Positions 44,298 to 54,024 of a stretch of 64,000 bases of DNA are shown one piece after another (the first letter of the stretch is position 1; every line of letters starts with the position of its first letter). The notes beneath the pieces were generated by a model. That model was not told the origin of the DNA, ran no database searches, and saw only the letters and a list, made by a program, of their open reading frames with translations. Origin of the DNA: a virus (taxonomy: Duplodnaviria; Caudoviricetes). Where the stretch lies: IMG/VR virus record IMGVR_UViG_3300032305_001732, positions 12,585 to 76,584 of that record; one strand, given 5' to 3'. The position numbers and the translations under genes are program-made.

Positions 44298-46217
44298 ATG
44301 CCTGATATCACACGCGTATTCCGGGCGCTGCATTTTCCACGCCGCCGCCGCGAAGTTGTGAGTTCGACAAATCTGACGCCGACCAATGTGCAGCCAGGTG
44401 AGCTGCTGTACGACGAAACGGCAAACAAACTTTATGCCGGCCGCGCAGACGCAACGGCTGTGCAAGTTGGCGGCGGGAATGTGGTTACTGCCGCCACAGT
44501 CTCGGCGTTCCCTGCAACTGGTGCTACCGGCGTGATTTATTTGGCAACGGATACTTCACGGACGTACCAATGGCAGGGCGCATACATGGAGGTGGGTGGC
44601 GGCCCATTGCAGGGCTCGACGGATTCCGTCACCGAGGGCGCGACCAACCTTTACTACACGAACACGCGTGCCGCAGCAGCGGCACCCGTGCAGAGCGTTG
44701 CTGGCAGAACAGGAACGATCACGATCTCGTCTTCTGACGTGAGCGGATTAGTGTCGATTGCCACCAGCGGCAGTGCGAGCGACCTGTCGGCTGGCACGGT
44801 TCCTACCACAAGACTTCCCATTGCCACCGACACGACTGCGGGAGCGATCAAGGTCGGCACGGGCCTGGCGATCGCGAATGGCGTGCTTTCATCGGCTGGG
44901 GACCTCACGCTGCGTGCGTTGTTCACGCCCCCTGCACCGACCGGCCTCACCGTGACCCGCGGCAACGCTTCGGCAACACTGTCATGGTCGGCGCCGACAG
45001 TACTAGCTCAAACTCCAATTACAGACTACACAGAGCAATACAGCACCAACAATGGCGCAACTTGGACGACGTTTACTCAGGCGGCGTCTACTGCGACAAG
45101 TGCTACTATCACGGGGTTGACCAACGGTACGTCTTATGTGTTTCGCGTGGCGGCGGTTAACGGCGTTGGTACTGGTGATTATACAGCAGCGAGTAATGCG
45201 ATTAGGCCGGGGGTAGCCTCGGCACCTACGGGGCTGACTGCCAACCCGGGTAACACCCAGATTGCTCTTGCGTGGACTGCGCCGTCGAACACTGGCGCGT
45301 CTTCCATCACTGGCTACACGGTGGAATATACTCCGTCAGGTGGTGCTGCTCAGACTGTATCTACAGGTAGCGCTAGCACAAGCTACACGCTGACTGGGCT
45401 GATAAACGGAACCGCGTATACCGTGCGAGTGGCGGCAGTAACTGCGGTTGGCACTGGGGATTACACGGCAGCAAGCAGCAGTGTTACTCCTAACTCTGCT
45501 GTCGCCACTGGTGGAACTGTTACTACAAGCGGCGGATTCAAGTGGCATACCTTTAACAGCGGCGGCACGCTAACCATTTCTGCCGGTGATCTTTCTAACG
45601 TCGAAGTGCTTGTCGTAGGTTCTGGCGGCGGTGGAAGCCAAGTTTTCGCCGGCGGCGGCGGCGGTGGTGGTGGTGTGCTTTATCAGCTTAATCAAACCAT
45701 TCCCGTAGGCACATACGCCGTGACAGTCGCCCCGCAAGCCCCTGTTAGGACGAGCGGGACTTCGTCGTCCATCGGTTCGCTTTATGTTGCTACTGGTGGT
45801 CGCAGCGGCAGCAGCGACACGTCAGGCTACGCTGCCGACGGAGGCGCATCTGGTTTCCCGACAACAACGTCAAATAGCGCTGGAAACAGTGGCGGCGGTG
45901 CTTATAGAAATTGGGACGAGCGAGTTGGCGGTGGTGGCGGCGGCGGGGCCGGCGGAGCGGGACAAGCGGGGCAAACTGGCAGTTGCGCTGTTGGTGGAAA
46001 CGGTTTAACAGTTTTTGGGGTTCTTTACGGGCGCGGGGGCAACGGAACAACAAACAACGGTGACCAAAATTCTGCAAACTTCGGGTGCAGTGCAGTAGAA
46101 AACGGCCCTGCAAACTCGGGTCAGGGCGGTAGCGGTGGTAATGCTATATATCTTAATACTGGAAGAATTGGCACTGGCGGCTCTGGCGTAGTTATCATTA
46201 GATACCCCGCAACATGA
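44298..46217 (+). CDS. Fibre/spike protein with two fibronectin type III domains and a C-terminal glycine-rich domain
   Basis: PGELLYD...KLYAG N-terminal motif; two (S/T)AP.GL...L.W.AP...ITDY/ITGY...GL.NGT.Y..RVAAV repeats; GGGGGGGG and GGSGVVIIRY glycine-rich domain motifs. Confidence 0.8.
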   Translation: MPDITRVFRALHFPRRRREVVSSTNLTPTNVQPGELLYDETANKLYAGRADATAVQVGGGNVVTAATVSAFPATGATGVIYLATDTSRTYQWQGAYMEVGGGPLQGSTDSVTEGATNLYYTNTRAAAAAPVQSVAGRTGTITISSSDVSGLVSIATSGSASDLSAGTVPTTRLPIATDTTAGAIKVGTGLAIANGVLSSAGDLTLRALFTPPAPTGLTVTRGNASATLSWSAPTVLAQTPITDYTEQYSTNNGATWTTFTQAASTATSATITGLTNGTSYVFRVAAVNGVGTGDYTAASNAIRPGVASAPTGLTANPGNTQIALAWTAPSNTGASSITGYTVEYTPSGGAAQTVSTGSASTSYTLTGLINGTAYTVRVAAVTAVGTGDYTAASSSVTPNSAVATGGTVTTSGGFKWHTFNSGGTLTISAGDLSNVEVLVVGSGGGGSQVFAGGGGGGGGVLYQLNQTIPVGTYAVTVAPQAPVRTSGTSSSIGSLYVATGGRSGSSDTSGYAADGGASGFPTTTSNSAGNSGGGAYRNWDERVGGGGGGGAGGAGQAGQTGSCAVGGNGLTVFGVLYGRGGNGTTNNGDQNSANFGCSAVENGPANSGQGGSGGNAIYLNTGRIGTGGSGVVIIRYPAT

Positions 46218-46696
46218 AGACTTTTTACAGATTACCTAACGGACAAAGCTTTGCTTTTGTAGCGAGAGCAGGCTCGACGGCACTTGGTTGCGGTGTTCAG
46301 TCTGTCTACGGCAACTGGCATGGAGATCATTGTTGCGACGAAGAGCTTCCGCGCAATTGCGTGGTTGTGGTTCGGGAGCCGGTAACAAGGTTTCGTTCGC
46401 TACTCTGGGCGATGAACACAACTGCCGACGAGGCAATTTCTAGAATGCAGGAGTCGCCGCGATTTCCGTGTGGGCGCGGATTCGCGCAACACTTTCGCCC
46501 AGTTTCGACCTTAGTTCAGAGCGATAGCCGAGTGTTTCGTTTCTTTGATCCAGAAATCTGGACGGCCCTAATTATTCCGCCATACAACGAAATCGTAAGC
46601 AAGTCGTCGCACCATCCCGACCTCACGACAGAGCAAGAAGAGAAGGTTCGCGACATATACGCAGACGACATTGCATTGTGGGAGTCGCTGTCATGA
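46214..46696 (+). CDS. Sulfotransferase family 2-like protein (degenerate)
   Basis: FVARAGSTAL (5'PSB-like), VVREPVTRFRS (3'PB-like), QHFRP and IYADD.ALW. Confidence 0.5.
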   Translation: MKTFYRLPNGQSFAFVARAGSTALGCGVQSVYGNWHGDHCCDEELPRNCVVVVREPVTRFRSLLWAMNTTADEAISRMQESPRFPCGRGFAQHFRPVSTLVQSDSRVFRFFDPEIWTALIIPPYNEIVSKSSHHPDLTTEQEEKVRDIYADDIALWESLS

Positions 46697-46794
46697 CCCT
46701 CTACTATGCCCTTACTGACGAAACAACCATTTTTCTCTTGTGCGCCATCATGCAAACGCTATGCCTCTGCTACCTCGTCTGGAGGTCGCCGTGA
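46693..46794 (+). CDS. 33 aa hydrophobic peptide, not in the ORF track
   Basis: ATGA coupling; MTLYYALTDETTIFLLCAIMQTLCLCYLVWRSP. Confidence 0.35.
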   Translation: MTLYYALTDETTIFLLCAIMQTLCLCYLVWRSP

Positions 46795-46825
46795 AACACG
46801 TAAGGAGCCATTAAGGTAATAACTT

Positions 46826-47089
46826 ATGCCTATTTCATTTCCAGCTTCGCCCACAGTGGGGCAAACGAGTACGCAAAACGGTCGGACCTATACGTGGTCT
46901 GGCTATGCGTGGGAACTAGTCACTGCGAGTAACGCCGGCAGCGGTGGGGCAAACAACTACGTAGAAAGCGACATTACCGGGCTTACCGGCGGGACAGTTC
47001 TTACAAACATTGTTAAAATTACCCAAGCCGGCTATAACGCGCTGTCGACTAAAGATCCGGCAACCGTGTACTACATTGTTTCCGGGTAA
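46826..47089 (+). CDS. Short fibre-type protein
   Basis: ISFPASPTVGQ...NGRTYTWSGYAW N-terminal motif and ITQAGYNALSTKDPATVYYI C-terminal motif, both typical of phage fibres. Confidence 0.65.
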   Translation: MPISFPASPTVGQTSTQNGRTYTWSGYAWELVTASNAGSGGANNYVESDITGLTGGTVLTNIVKITQAGYNALSTKDPATVYYIVSG

Positions 47090-47094
47090 TTGTT

Positions 47095-48171
47095 ATGCCA
47101 ATAGTAGACAGCAATACATACATAAGCAGCACCAACATTACGTCTATCAAAATAGGCGATGAGGTTGTCGAGCGCGTTTTTGTGGGCGAAAATTTAGTTT
47201 TTTGTCGTGGCGATGCGTGTTGTTCTGAGGCAACGGCCCCCGTCAAAATGACTGGCTGGGTTGTTGGTGAGCGTACGCTAACACCTATTGGCTATGCTCC
47301 TTATGGGCGTGAGACTTATTTATACGGCGACGAGGCTGTCCGTTATGAGACGGGCGTATGGCTTTATACAAACACGACATATGGTGAACTTGCTAGAGCG
47401 TATAGTTATGCCGCGCGGCCTTGGTTAGTAAATTGGCCGGCTCCATTTACAGCGGAGCAGGTTTGCGCGCCGTGTGTTTCTGGCTGCACAGATAACACCG
47501 CTACGAACTACAACCCCAACGCAACATGCGACGACGGGTCATGCGTTCAATGCGTCTACGGCTGCACCGATTCAAACGCCGACAATTACAACCAACTAGC
47601 AACTTGCGATGACTTTTCGTGCGACGGCGATTTTGGCTCGTCGGGTTTTAAGTGGATGAGAATGCTTAGCGTAGATTCCACCACGGCTTTTGGAATTGGA
47701 CAAAATAACATAACAGTATCAATTACCCAAAGTGTTGGCGGTATGTTCTCGCACGCTAACGGCGCCGTCGGCGGCACAGTTTTCCCAGAAGAATACGGCG
47801 TGCCTATTAGCGGGAATCAAATTGGAAACACGCAGGCCGGAGTATTTACTGCCGTGTTTAGCGAACCCGTCACAGACGCCTTAGTAGCTTTTGCCAGCGT
47901 TGGTCAAGGCGGCACGCCGGTTCAAGTACAAGTGCGTGATGAGAATGGCGCGCCCAAGCCGTTTACACCGATTTGGGCGTTAGACGGCGCAACGACATAT
48001 CAAAACATGACGGGTGTCGGGCCAAATTTCCAGTACACGGAATTTATTGGCGAAGAAGGCTATAACATTATTCGAATTGACGGCACAATGAGCAGTGTGA
48101 CTTTTAACTACACAGTTAGTGAAAATTACTGCACAATCTGTTTTGGTTTTGTTGATCAAAACACGCCGTGA
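47095..48171 (+). CDS. Surface/fibre protein with GCTD...NY...A.CDD.SC repeats
   Basis: IKIGDE.VERVFVGENLV N-terminal motif; two tandem GCTDxxAxNYxxxAxCDDxSC repeats; beta-rich C-terminal domain. Confidence 0.65.
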   Translation: MPIVDSNTYISSTNITSIKIGDEVVERVFVGENLVFCRGDACCSEATAPVKMTGWVVGERTLTPIGYAPYGRETYLYGDEAVRYETGVWLYTNTTYGELARAYSYAARPWLVNWPAPFTAEQVCAPCVSGCTDNTATNYNPNATCDDGSCVQCVYGCTDSNADNYNQLATCDDFSCDGDFGSSGFKWMRMLSVDSTTAFGIGQNNITVSITQSVGGMFSHANGAVGGTVFPEEYGVPISGNQIGNTQAGVFTAVFSEPVTDALVAFASVGQGGTPVQVQVRDENGAPKPFTPIWALDGATTYQNMTGVGPNFQYTEFIGEEGYNIIRIDGTMSSVTFNYTVSENYCTICFGFVDQNTP

Positions 48172-48211
48172 TCACAACAGAAATGTTTATTGCCGCGGGA
48201 AAAACTTAACT

Positions 48212-48607
48212 ATGGCCGGCAAAATTTGGACCGCTGCCCAGACTTTTTCAGCTGAAAGCGGGAAAGAGTCCGTTATTACGCTGAAAGCGCCCTACCGCGG
48301 AATTCTACGCGGCTATCGGTTAGCGCAGACTAATGGCCTGCTTCGGGGCGCTGCTGCATCGTTGTATACAAGCAACCAAGAAACAGAGCCCAACAGCACA
48401 TTACCAGCTGAGAAGTTTCGTGTTCTAAGCGTTGAACTGGCGGTCGGCGCAGCAAAAATCGAAAATCACTTTTCGCGTATATCGTACGCCAACTCCGACG
48501 GTACTGAAGAAGCGCCGCAACGACTGCTGTATCTAAAAATTATGCCTTACGGTAGCGGGCCAAAATCGTTTACATTTTCGGCTACTGTAGAAACGCCGAT
48601 TACTTAA
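48212..48607 (+). CDS. Paralog of 43859-44278
   Basis: See the paralog alignment above; ATG at 48212. Confidence 0.65.
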   Translation: MAGKIWTAAQTFSAESGKESVITLKAPYRGILRGYRLAQTNGLLRGAAASLYTSNQETEPNSTLPAEKFRVLSVELAVGAAKIENHFSRISYANSDGTEEAPQRLLYLKIMPYGSGPKSFTFSATVETPIT

Positions 48608-48854
48608 AACTCCACAGCGCGCCAATAACTGTACCGACACAAAAATTAATGCCGCCTAATACTGGTAACAGATAGGACAACGTACGCGCAGTCTCGTAGC
48701 CAAATTCCACATCGTGCGCCATTAATTGCGCGTACGGCGAATTAGCTAAAACGTAAAACTCGGTCAGCGGCATGGATACGGTCATCCAAGCAAACACAAA
48801 TCCGCAAAGCAACGCGCGAACAACCCCTATAGCGCAAAGCAAAATTAGTCGCAT
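48600..48854 (-). CDS. Two-TM membrane protein; the only credible minus-strand gene
   Basis: GGAG SD on the minus strand (complement of ctcc at about 48860); fills the gap between converging and diverging neighbours. Confidence 0.55.
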   Translation of the reverse strand: MRLILLCAIGVVRALLCGFVFAWMTVSMPLTEFYVLANSPYAQLMAHDVEFGYETARTLSYLLPVLGGINFCVGTVIGALWSFK

Positions 48855-48943
48855 AATTACTCCAAGTTAAAGGTGTGAGTAATTCCTTGCTCGTGATTAT
48901 ACTGCTATTACGCTAACAACACACTAATATTTAATACCGGCTA

Positions 48944-49873
48944 ATGCTGCAAGCTTTAAAAGACAATCCACTGCGCGCCCCTAATTGGCGCTGGCTGCGT
49001 GCCGTCGAGGTAGATGCCGCAGGGCCGAGGCCGTCCAAGCGGCGTGATGGCGAAGCCGGTTTTCCGTGGATTCGCCGCGCTATTCGTTTAAAACGCCGTC
49101 ACGCATTAAACGCTAATCGCCCTAATGCTTTATACGCATTGGCGCAGGCTGATTCAGAGCTATTCTGGGCGCACTCTATCTGGGCTAACGAAAAAGCTCC
49201 TACACGCTGGGCTATCGAGGCCCGCATCCTAGCCGGCGAGGCGGATGCCGACATTGCGAAGAAGATCGGCTGTTCTCCAGATATTATCACCGCATACGAA
49301 TCTGTATTTTTTAATGTTCGGGAAAAGCTAGACCACAGCGAGTACATTGTAAACGTGGTTATGGCTGATGCTGTAGCTCGCGGACTTTCAGAGCGACAGT
49401 ACGATCTTCTGTGGAAGATGTTTGGCTATCAGGGCGGTTCATTAGTTTTAGACGCCATGATTAGCAAATTCACGATTATGCGGCGGCCGGAAAAAGCTGA
49501 AGATGTTTCGGCGTTTTTCCAAGAATCCGCTATTAATTCGATGCGCCACAAGGCTGCCGTCGCTGCGCTTACGGTGCCGATCAACTCGCATACGCAATTG
49601 TTACTGCTCGATGCTTATGTAAAATATGTGGAAATCGAGCGCACCACGGAAAATACCAGTAAAGCCAACACAAATATCGTGCAGAATATCGGCGCTATGT
49701 TGACTGCGCTGCCGTTTAAAGTTGGTACAAAACTGGATTCCGAGGGTGATAAAATGGTACCCTTTGATAATGGCGCAGCCGAATTACGTGGTGACGAATT
49801 AATGATTGTGTCATCGGGCGGCAAGATCCGTAACCAGCCGACCATCGAAAATTTACGTTTTCCTGGAGAATAA
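48944..49873 (+). CDS. Hypothetical protein (head module)
   Basis: Long ORF at the start of the head operon; no family recognised. Confidence 0.65.
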   Translation: MLQALKDNPLRAPNWRWLRAVEVDAAGPRPSKRRDGEAGFPWIRRAIRLKRRHALNANRPNALYALAQADSELFWAHSIWANEKAPTRWAIEARILAGEADADIAKKIGCSPDIITAYESVFFNVREKLDHSEYIVNVVMADAVARGLSERQYDLLWKMFGYQGGSLVLDAMISKFTIMRRPEKAEDVSAFFQESAINSMRHKAAVAALTVPINSHTQLLLLDAYVKYVEIERTTENTSKANTNIVQNIGAMLTALPFKVGTKLDSEGDKMVPFDNGAAELRGDELMIVSSGGKIRNQPTIENLRFPGE

Positions 49874-49876
49874 CGC

Positions 49877-51199
49877 ATGCGGCAATTAAGCAAAGAAGCC
49901 GAGGCGAACCTTTTAGCGGCCATTGAAAAAGCCGCCACACAGGTTAATGCCGGCAAGATGCCAAACGAGGCGATCGTTAAGATTGCCAAAGAGCAGGATA
50001 TGCCGGCCGGGCAAGTCCGGCTGATGGTGCACGCATATAACACCGGCCGAACGACTACTACCCGCGAAAAGGGTGCGTCAACGTCTGAGAAGGCAGCTGA
50101 TTTCCAATTAGCTGACGTAGACGCCATCCTTGACACGCTTTATCCGAAAGCTGTTAAAACGGCTGCGGAAATTACTCGCGGCGAAGTGGTTTCAACTGAA
50201 TACGCCGTTTCCCCCACTAGCTTTTTAGCTCGGCGGGTAGCGGGTATGCAGAAGACCGCAACAGCCATGCCCGAAAAGACATGGATTCCGCCGCCCCGTG
50301 ACGAGCATGCCGCAGTTATGCGCAGCTACAGCGAGAAGCAGGCTGCCAAACGAGTTGAAGAAGAGCTGCGTCGCGAGTCGACTATGGCGTATGGCAAAGC
50401 TGCAAATGCTATGGAGCAGCTACACGAGTATTTCCGGCGTCCTGGCAACATGGCGTTTAAAGACGCTGTGCGCGAAACTGAATTACGTTACGGCGTAGAT
50501 GCTGTAAATGTTTTAAAGAAGGTTGCCGCTGTTTATCCGCATCTGGAAAAGCAGGCTGGTACAAGCAAGCGCCACTTCGGCACCTGCGACGCGTGTGACC
50601 TTGCGCAGAACGTACTTACCGCTGTGGAAAGTTATAACGACGCAAAGGGCCGGCTTGCGCCACCAAAGACTGCCGCCGTTAAAGCGCCTGAGCCCGAGGT
50701 TGTAACAGGCTCAATTCTGTACAACCCGCTCGAGGAGTCACTCGACCTAAAAAAAGCTAATGCGTTATCCCCAATTCCAATGGGCCCTGTAGGGATGACG
50801 CAATATCTTGGGCAGCATATGTCTACGGGAATGAACAGCTATATCAAAGAGCCGGACAAGATGCTCAATGACACGCTGAAGGATATCACTGACCCAGATC
50901 ATGAACGTAAGCTTCGTAATATCCGCGCCCAAAGCGTAGTTACGGATCTTATGACAAATGACCCGGTTATCTCTGGGCATGATCCGCGTGAAGTAGCTAA
51001 TGCGTTTAACGAGCTGGCTGAAGTAGCGCCCAGCTTTATGGACTCAACTGCGACGGTGCAGGCTTTACTGCGCAAACGACTCGAGGCCGGCCAGCTCGCC
51101 GATTTCGATATCAAGCAATTGCTCGATATGGAAAAGGTCAAAGCGGAAAAGCAAAAGAACATTGTCGACGCCCGCAGCAGCGAAATGGGCATGATCTAA
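49877..51199 (+). CDS. Helical head-associated protein with K-x-A-delimited segments
   Basis: SKEA, VKTAA, QKTA, PKTAA and LKKA motifs. Confidence 0.6.
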   Translation: MRQLSKEAEANLLAAIEKAATQVNAGKMPNEAIVKIAKEQDMPAGQVRLMVHAYNTGRTTTTREKGASTSEKAADFQLADVDAILDTLYPKAVKTAAEITRGEVVSTEYAVSPTSFLARRVAGMQKTATAMPEKTWIPPPRDEHAAVMRSYSEKQAAKRVEEELRRESTMAYGKAANAMEQLHEYFRRPGNMAFKDAVRETELRYGVDAVNVLKKVAAVYPHLEKQAGTSKRHFGTCDACDLAQNVLTAVESYNDAKGRLAPPKTAAVKAPEPEVVTGSILYNPLEESLDLKKANALSPIPMGPVGMTQYLGQHMSTGMNSYIKEPDKMLNDTLKDITDPDHERKLRNIRAQSVVTDLMTNDPVISGHDPREVANAFNELAEVAPSFMDSTATVQALLRKRLEAGQLADFDIKQLLDMEKVKAEKQKNIVDARSSEMGMI

Positions 51200-51209
51200 G
51201 GACTACAAA

Positions 51210-52475
51210 ATGGACTCAAACGCCGTAGACAAATTTGCTGGATTGTTTGCCAAATGCGCGGCAGCGGGTGATCGGGAACCGCTGCGTAAAGAAGCTGCGG
51301 CGCAATCATTGGTAAAAGAAGCGATTACAGCTACGCAACTTTTAATGCCGTTAGGCGGTGCGGCTCTCGGCGGCGCTGCGGGTTATTTAGGTACGGATAA
51401 TGAAAAGCGAAAATTGCGTAATGCTTTATACGGCGCGTTAACTGGCGGCGTGGCAGGCACTGGCGCGCAGCTGGCTTCCCCGATGATCAAAGACATCTTA
51501 TCGCGTTTTTCGGGCGGTGGTGCGCCCGCTGCTGCAGCTCAAGGCGGCGGGCAGTTTAGCGTTGCGCCAGAACAGCCGGCGGCAAAAGCAACTGGCGCGG
51601 CCACCCCCGCAGCCGTCACAGTGCCGTCATCGCCCGCTCCCACCGCCGCGGAAACAGCCAAGCGAGAAGCTGCTGATGCCGTCAACGCTGCGCCAAACGA
51701 CGCCGGAATGCCGGGCGCCCCGATGAATAACGCGCGATACGTTAACGACGCGTCCGGCGCAATTCTCGGCGGCGTAGCCGTAGATCGCGTTGGTGCGCGT
51801 TTCGCGCCCGGTAGGCTCAGCGGCCGTTATCATGAGCTCAATCGGCTAGCGCTCAAAAACCAAACGGTTAACAACCTGCTGTACGCAATGGGCGATAAAA
51901 GTAAGCCTGCGACTGATTTCTTAAAACCGCCGCAAAAATTTCGCTCGACGGCTGACAAGCCGCGCATGACGCCTGTTGAAGCACAAGCAGCGGCTAAGGC
52001 GTGGCGACAAAAGCAGGACGCTATCGAGTACATTCGCCGTACGGGGTCGATTGGTAATACTGAAGCTCAGCGCCGCGCTATTTTACCGGTATTAGAGGAA
52101 TCTATGCGAACGCAAGCGCCTAAACCGCAAGGCGCGAAAGGCAAACCAAACGCCGACCTGTCGAACGTTCGAACACAGCTTGACAATAAAAAAGACGTGT
52201 TTGTAGGGCGGCCGTCTTTGAAAGGCTGGCGAGGTCTTAGAGCCGGAGCTGGCGGTGTAGCCGGTTTGCTTGCAGCGGATACGGCGCACGCAAAAACACA
52301 AAACGCCCTCGCTGCTAAGCTTCAACAAAATCCTAACTACGGCCTAGGCGATCTTGGTAAAGATATTTACGGCACGGGCCGCGATTTGGTCCAGCAGCCT
52401 GCAGCGTTTGGGAAGGGGTTAGGCGCGGGTCTGTACGACCACTATCTGCGCGGGTTCGTAGAAAATAAAAAATAA
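51210..52475 (+). CDS. Putative internal virion protein with glycine zippers
   Basis: Leader with DKFA, AKCA, RKEA and VKEA; GGAALGGAAGY...KRKLR...GALTGGVAG; single Cys, within the leader. Confidence 0.55.
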   Translation: MDSNAVDKFAGLFAKCAAAGDREPLRKEAAAQSLVKEAITATQLLMPLGGAALGGAAGYLGTDNEKRKLRNALYGALTGGVAGTGAQLASPMIKDILSRFSGGGAPAAAAQGGGQFSVAPEQPAAKATGAATPAAVTVPSSPAPTAAETAKREAADAVNAAPNDAGMPGAPMNNARYVNDASGAILGGVAVDRVGARFAPGRLSGRYHELNRLALKNQTVNNLLYAMGDKSKPATDFLKPPQKFRSTADKPRMTPVEAQAAAKAWRQKQDAIEYIRRTGSIGNTEAQRRAILPVLEESMRTQAPKPQGAKGKPNADLSNVRTQLDNKKDVFVGRPSLKGWRGLRAGAGGVAGLLAADTAHAKTQNALAAKLQQNPNYGLGDLGKDIYGTGRDLVQQPAAFGKGLGAGLYDHYLRGFVENKK

Positions 52476-52506
52476 CCGGCTGTTTGCACTCACTAAGGAA
52501 ACACCC

Positions 52507-53985
52507 ATGAGCATGATCAAAGTCATTCAGCCGCAGTCGCAAGACTTCAGCGCGCCGGTTGCTTCATTGATTAAAGTTTCCAGCCGCGGCATTATCGGCA
52601 ATGACAAAATTGATCTCGTAAAACGAGCGGGTGCGGAATTCGTCAATACGCTGCAGAACATTAAGTTCGCAAAAGACGAAGTGCCTGTGCACATGATCGC
52701 TATCGGCGCCACAGAAGATTACGGCCCTAATCGTAACGGTGACGGCTTCAAGCGCGCATGCTGTGAGCAATATCACGACACATTTGTTAAGCACGCCCGT
52801 TTCTACCGCGACCATCTCAACAAGAACCCAGCTAAGAGCTACGGCCTTGTAAAAGCATCTGCCTACCACGAGCCAATGCGGCGAATTGAACTTGTAGCTG
52901 CGCTCAACGGCACAAAAGAAGCCGCAGAACGTAACGGCGGGCTGCTTGCGGATAAAGAGCTTGAGAAACTTGCCAGAGGTGACGATATTGGCGTCTCGAT
53001 GGCCTGCACTATTCCTTTTGACGTATGTAGTCATTGCGGTAACAAAGCCCGCACACGCGCTGAGTATTGCGACGACACATCTAGCGGCGGCCACTGCAAA
53101 GCTGGCGGATTAAAACACAATCTTGGTAAGTGCGCATTTGACGGCAGTGTACTTCATGCCGATAACCCGAATCCGCGCTTCTTTGATATCTCTCACGTAT
53201 TTCGCCCTGCTGACCGTATCGCCTACATCTCCGGCGATTTGAGCAAGGCGGCTAGCGCTGGTGTAGTCTCCGGCGCTGAGCTTGCCGAGCAGATGGGCCT
53301 TAGCGCGCCGTCTGGTCTTGGCATTGATAATGGCATAAGTCCAGCAGTCAGAGCACAAGCAATCGCTCTCGAGAAGTTGGCGCAAGCTGAAGCCATTAGC
53401 GTAAATGAGCGTAACTGGATTCGCGCGGCATTAGCTGATTCCGCCGCAGTTCAGCCGGCGTTAAGCCACGACGAGCTAGGCAACATCAAACTTGCCGAAG
53501 CTGTTTATGCGCTTACAGATGCCGGCGTTATCTTGTCACTTAAAGACTTTTTAACGCTCACTGTTAAGTCAGCAAACACCGCGCTTGTGCAGTCAGTGTC
53601 AAACGCACTGCCTGGCGTATTTTCAAAACTGGCTGAGGAGCAAGATTTGCTTTCAACTTTAGAGCAAAATCCTTATAATCCTGCTTATACGGCAAATCAC
53701 CGCACGCTTTTGTGGGCGGAGAAGCTTGCTGCAACAAGAAGCGCGTTACCTCACGATGTTGAAAAGCGCGCTTATTTGGCGGCAATTCGCACAGCCGAAC
53801 AAACTGAAGATCCCGCGTCGCACTTTAACATGAACAAAACTGCATCGACTAATAATCCTGCAGCTACTAGCCTTGCGCGACATTACGCTCTGTATAAAAT
53901 CGCAGCTTTTGCTGGTTTCATGAAAAAATATGACGAAGATGGGTTGACAGCACCGTATTGTGTTATGCAGAATTATGTAATGTAA
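52507..53985 (+). CDS. Prohead (maturation) protease, HK97/herpes-like fold with zinc-ribbon insertion
   Basis: NRNGDGF, FYRDHLNK (His), GVSMAC (Ser), CSHCG...YC...HC, and FFDISHVFRPADRIA; located upstream of the scaffold and capsid genes. Confidence 0.75.
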   Translation: MSMIKVIQPQSQDFSAPVASLIKVSSRGIIGNDKIDLVKRAGAEFVNTLQNIKFAKDEVPVHMIAIGATEDYGPNRNGDGFKRACCEQYHDTFVKHARFYRDHLNKNPAKSYGLVKASAYHEPMRRIELVAALNGTKEAAERNGGLLADKELEKLARGDDIGVSMACTIPFDVCSHCGNKARTRAEYCDDTSSGGHCKAGGLKHNLGKCAFDGSVLHADNPNPRFFDISHVFRPADRIAYISGDLSKAASAGVVSGAELAEQMGLSAPSGLGIDNGISPAVRAQAIALEKLAQAEAISVNERNWIRAALADSAAVQPALSHDELGNIKLAEAVYALTDAGVILSLKDFLTLTVKSANTALVQSVSNALPGVFSKLAEEQDLLSTLEQNPYNPAYTANHRTLLWAEKLAATRSALPHDVEKRAYLAAIRTAEQTEDPASHFNMNKTASTNNPAATSLARHYALYKIAAFAGFMKKYDEDGLTAPYCVMQNYVM

Positions 53986-54024
53986 CAAACGCTGGCATGA
54001 TGCCGGCGCAACAAGGAGATAACT

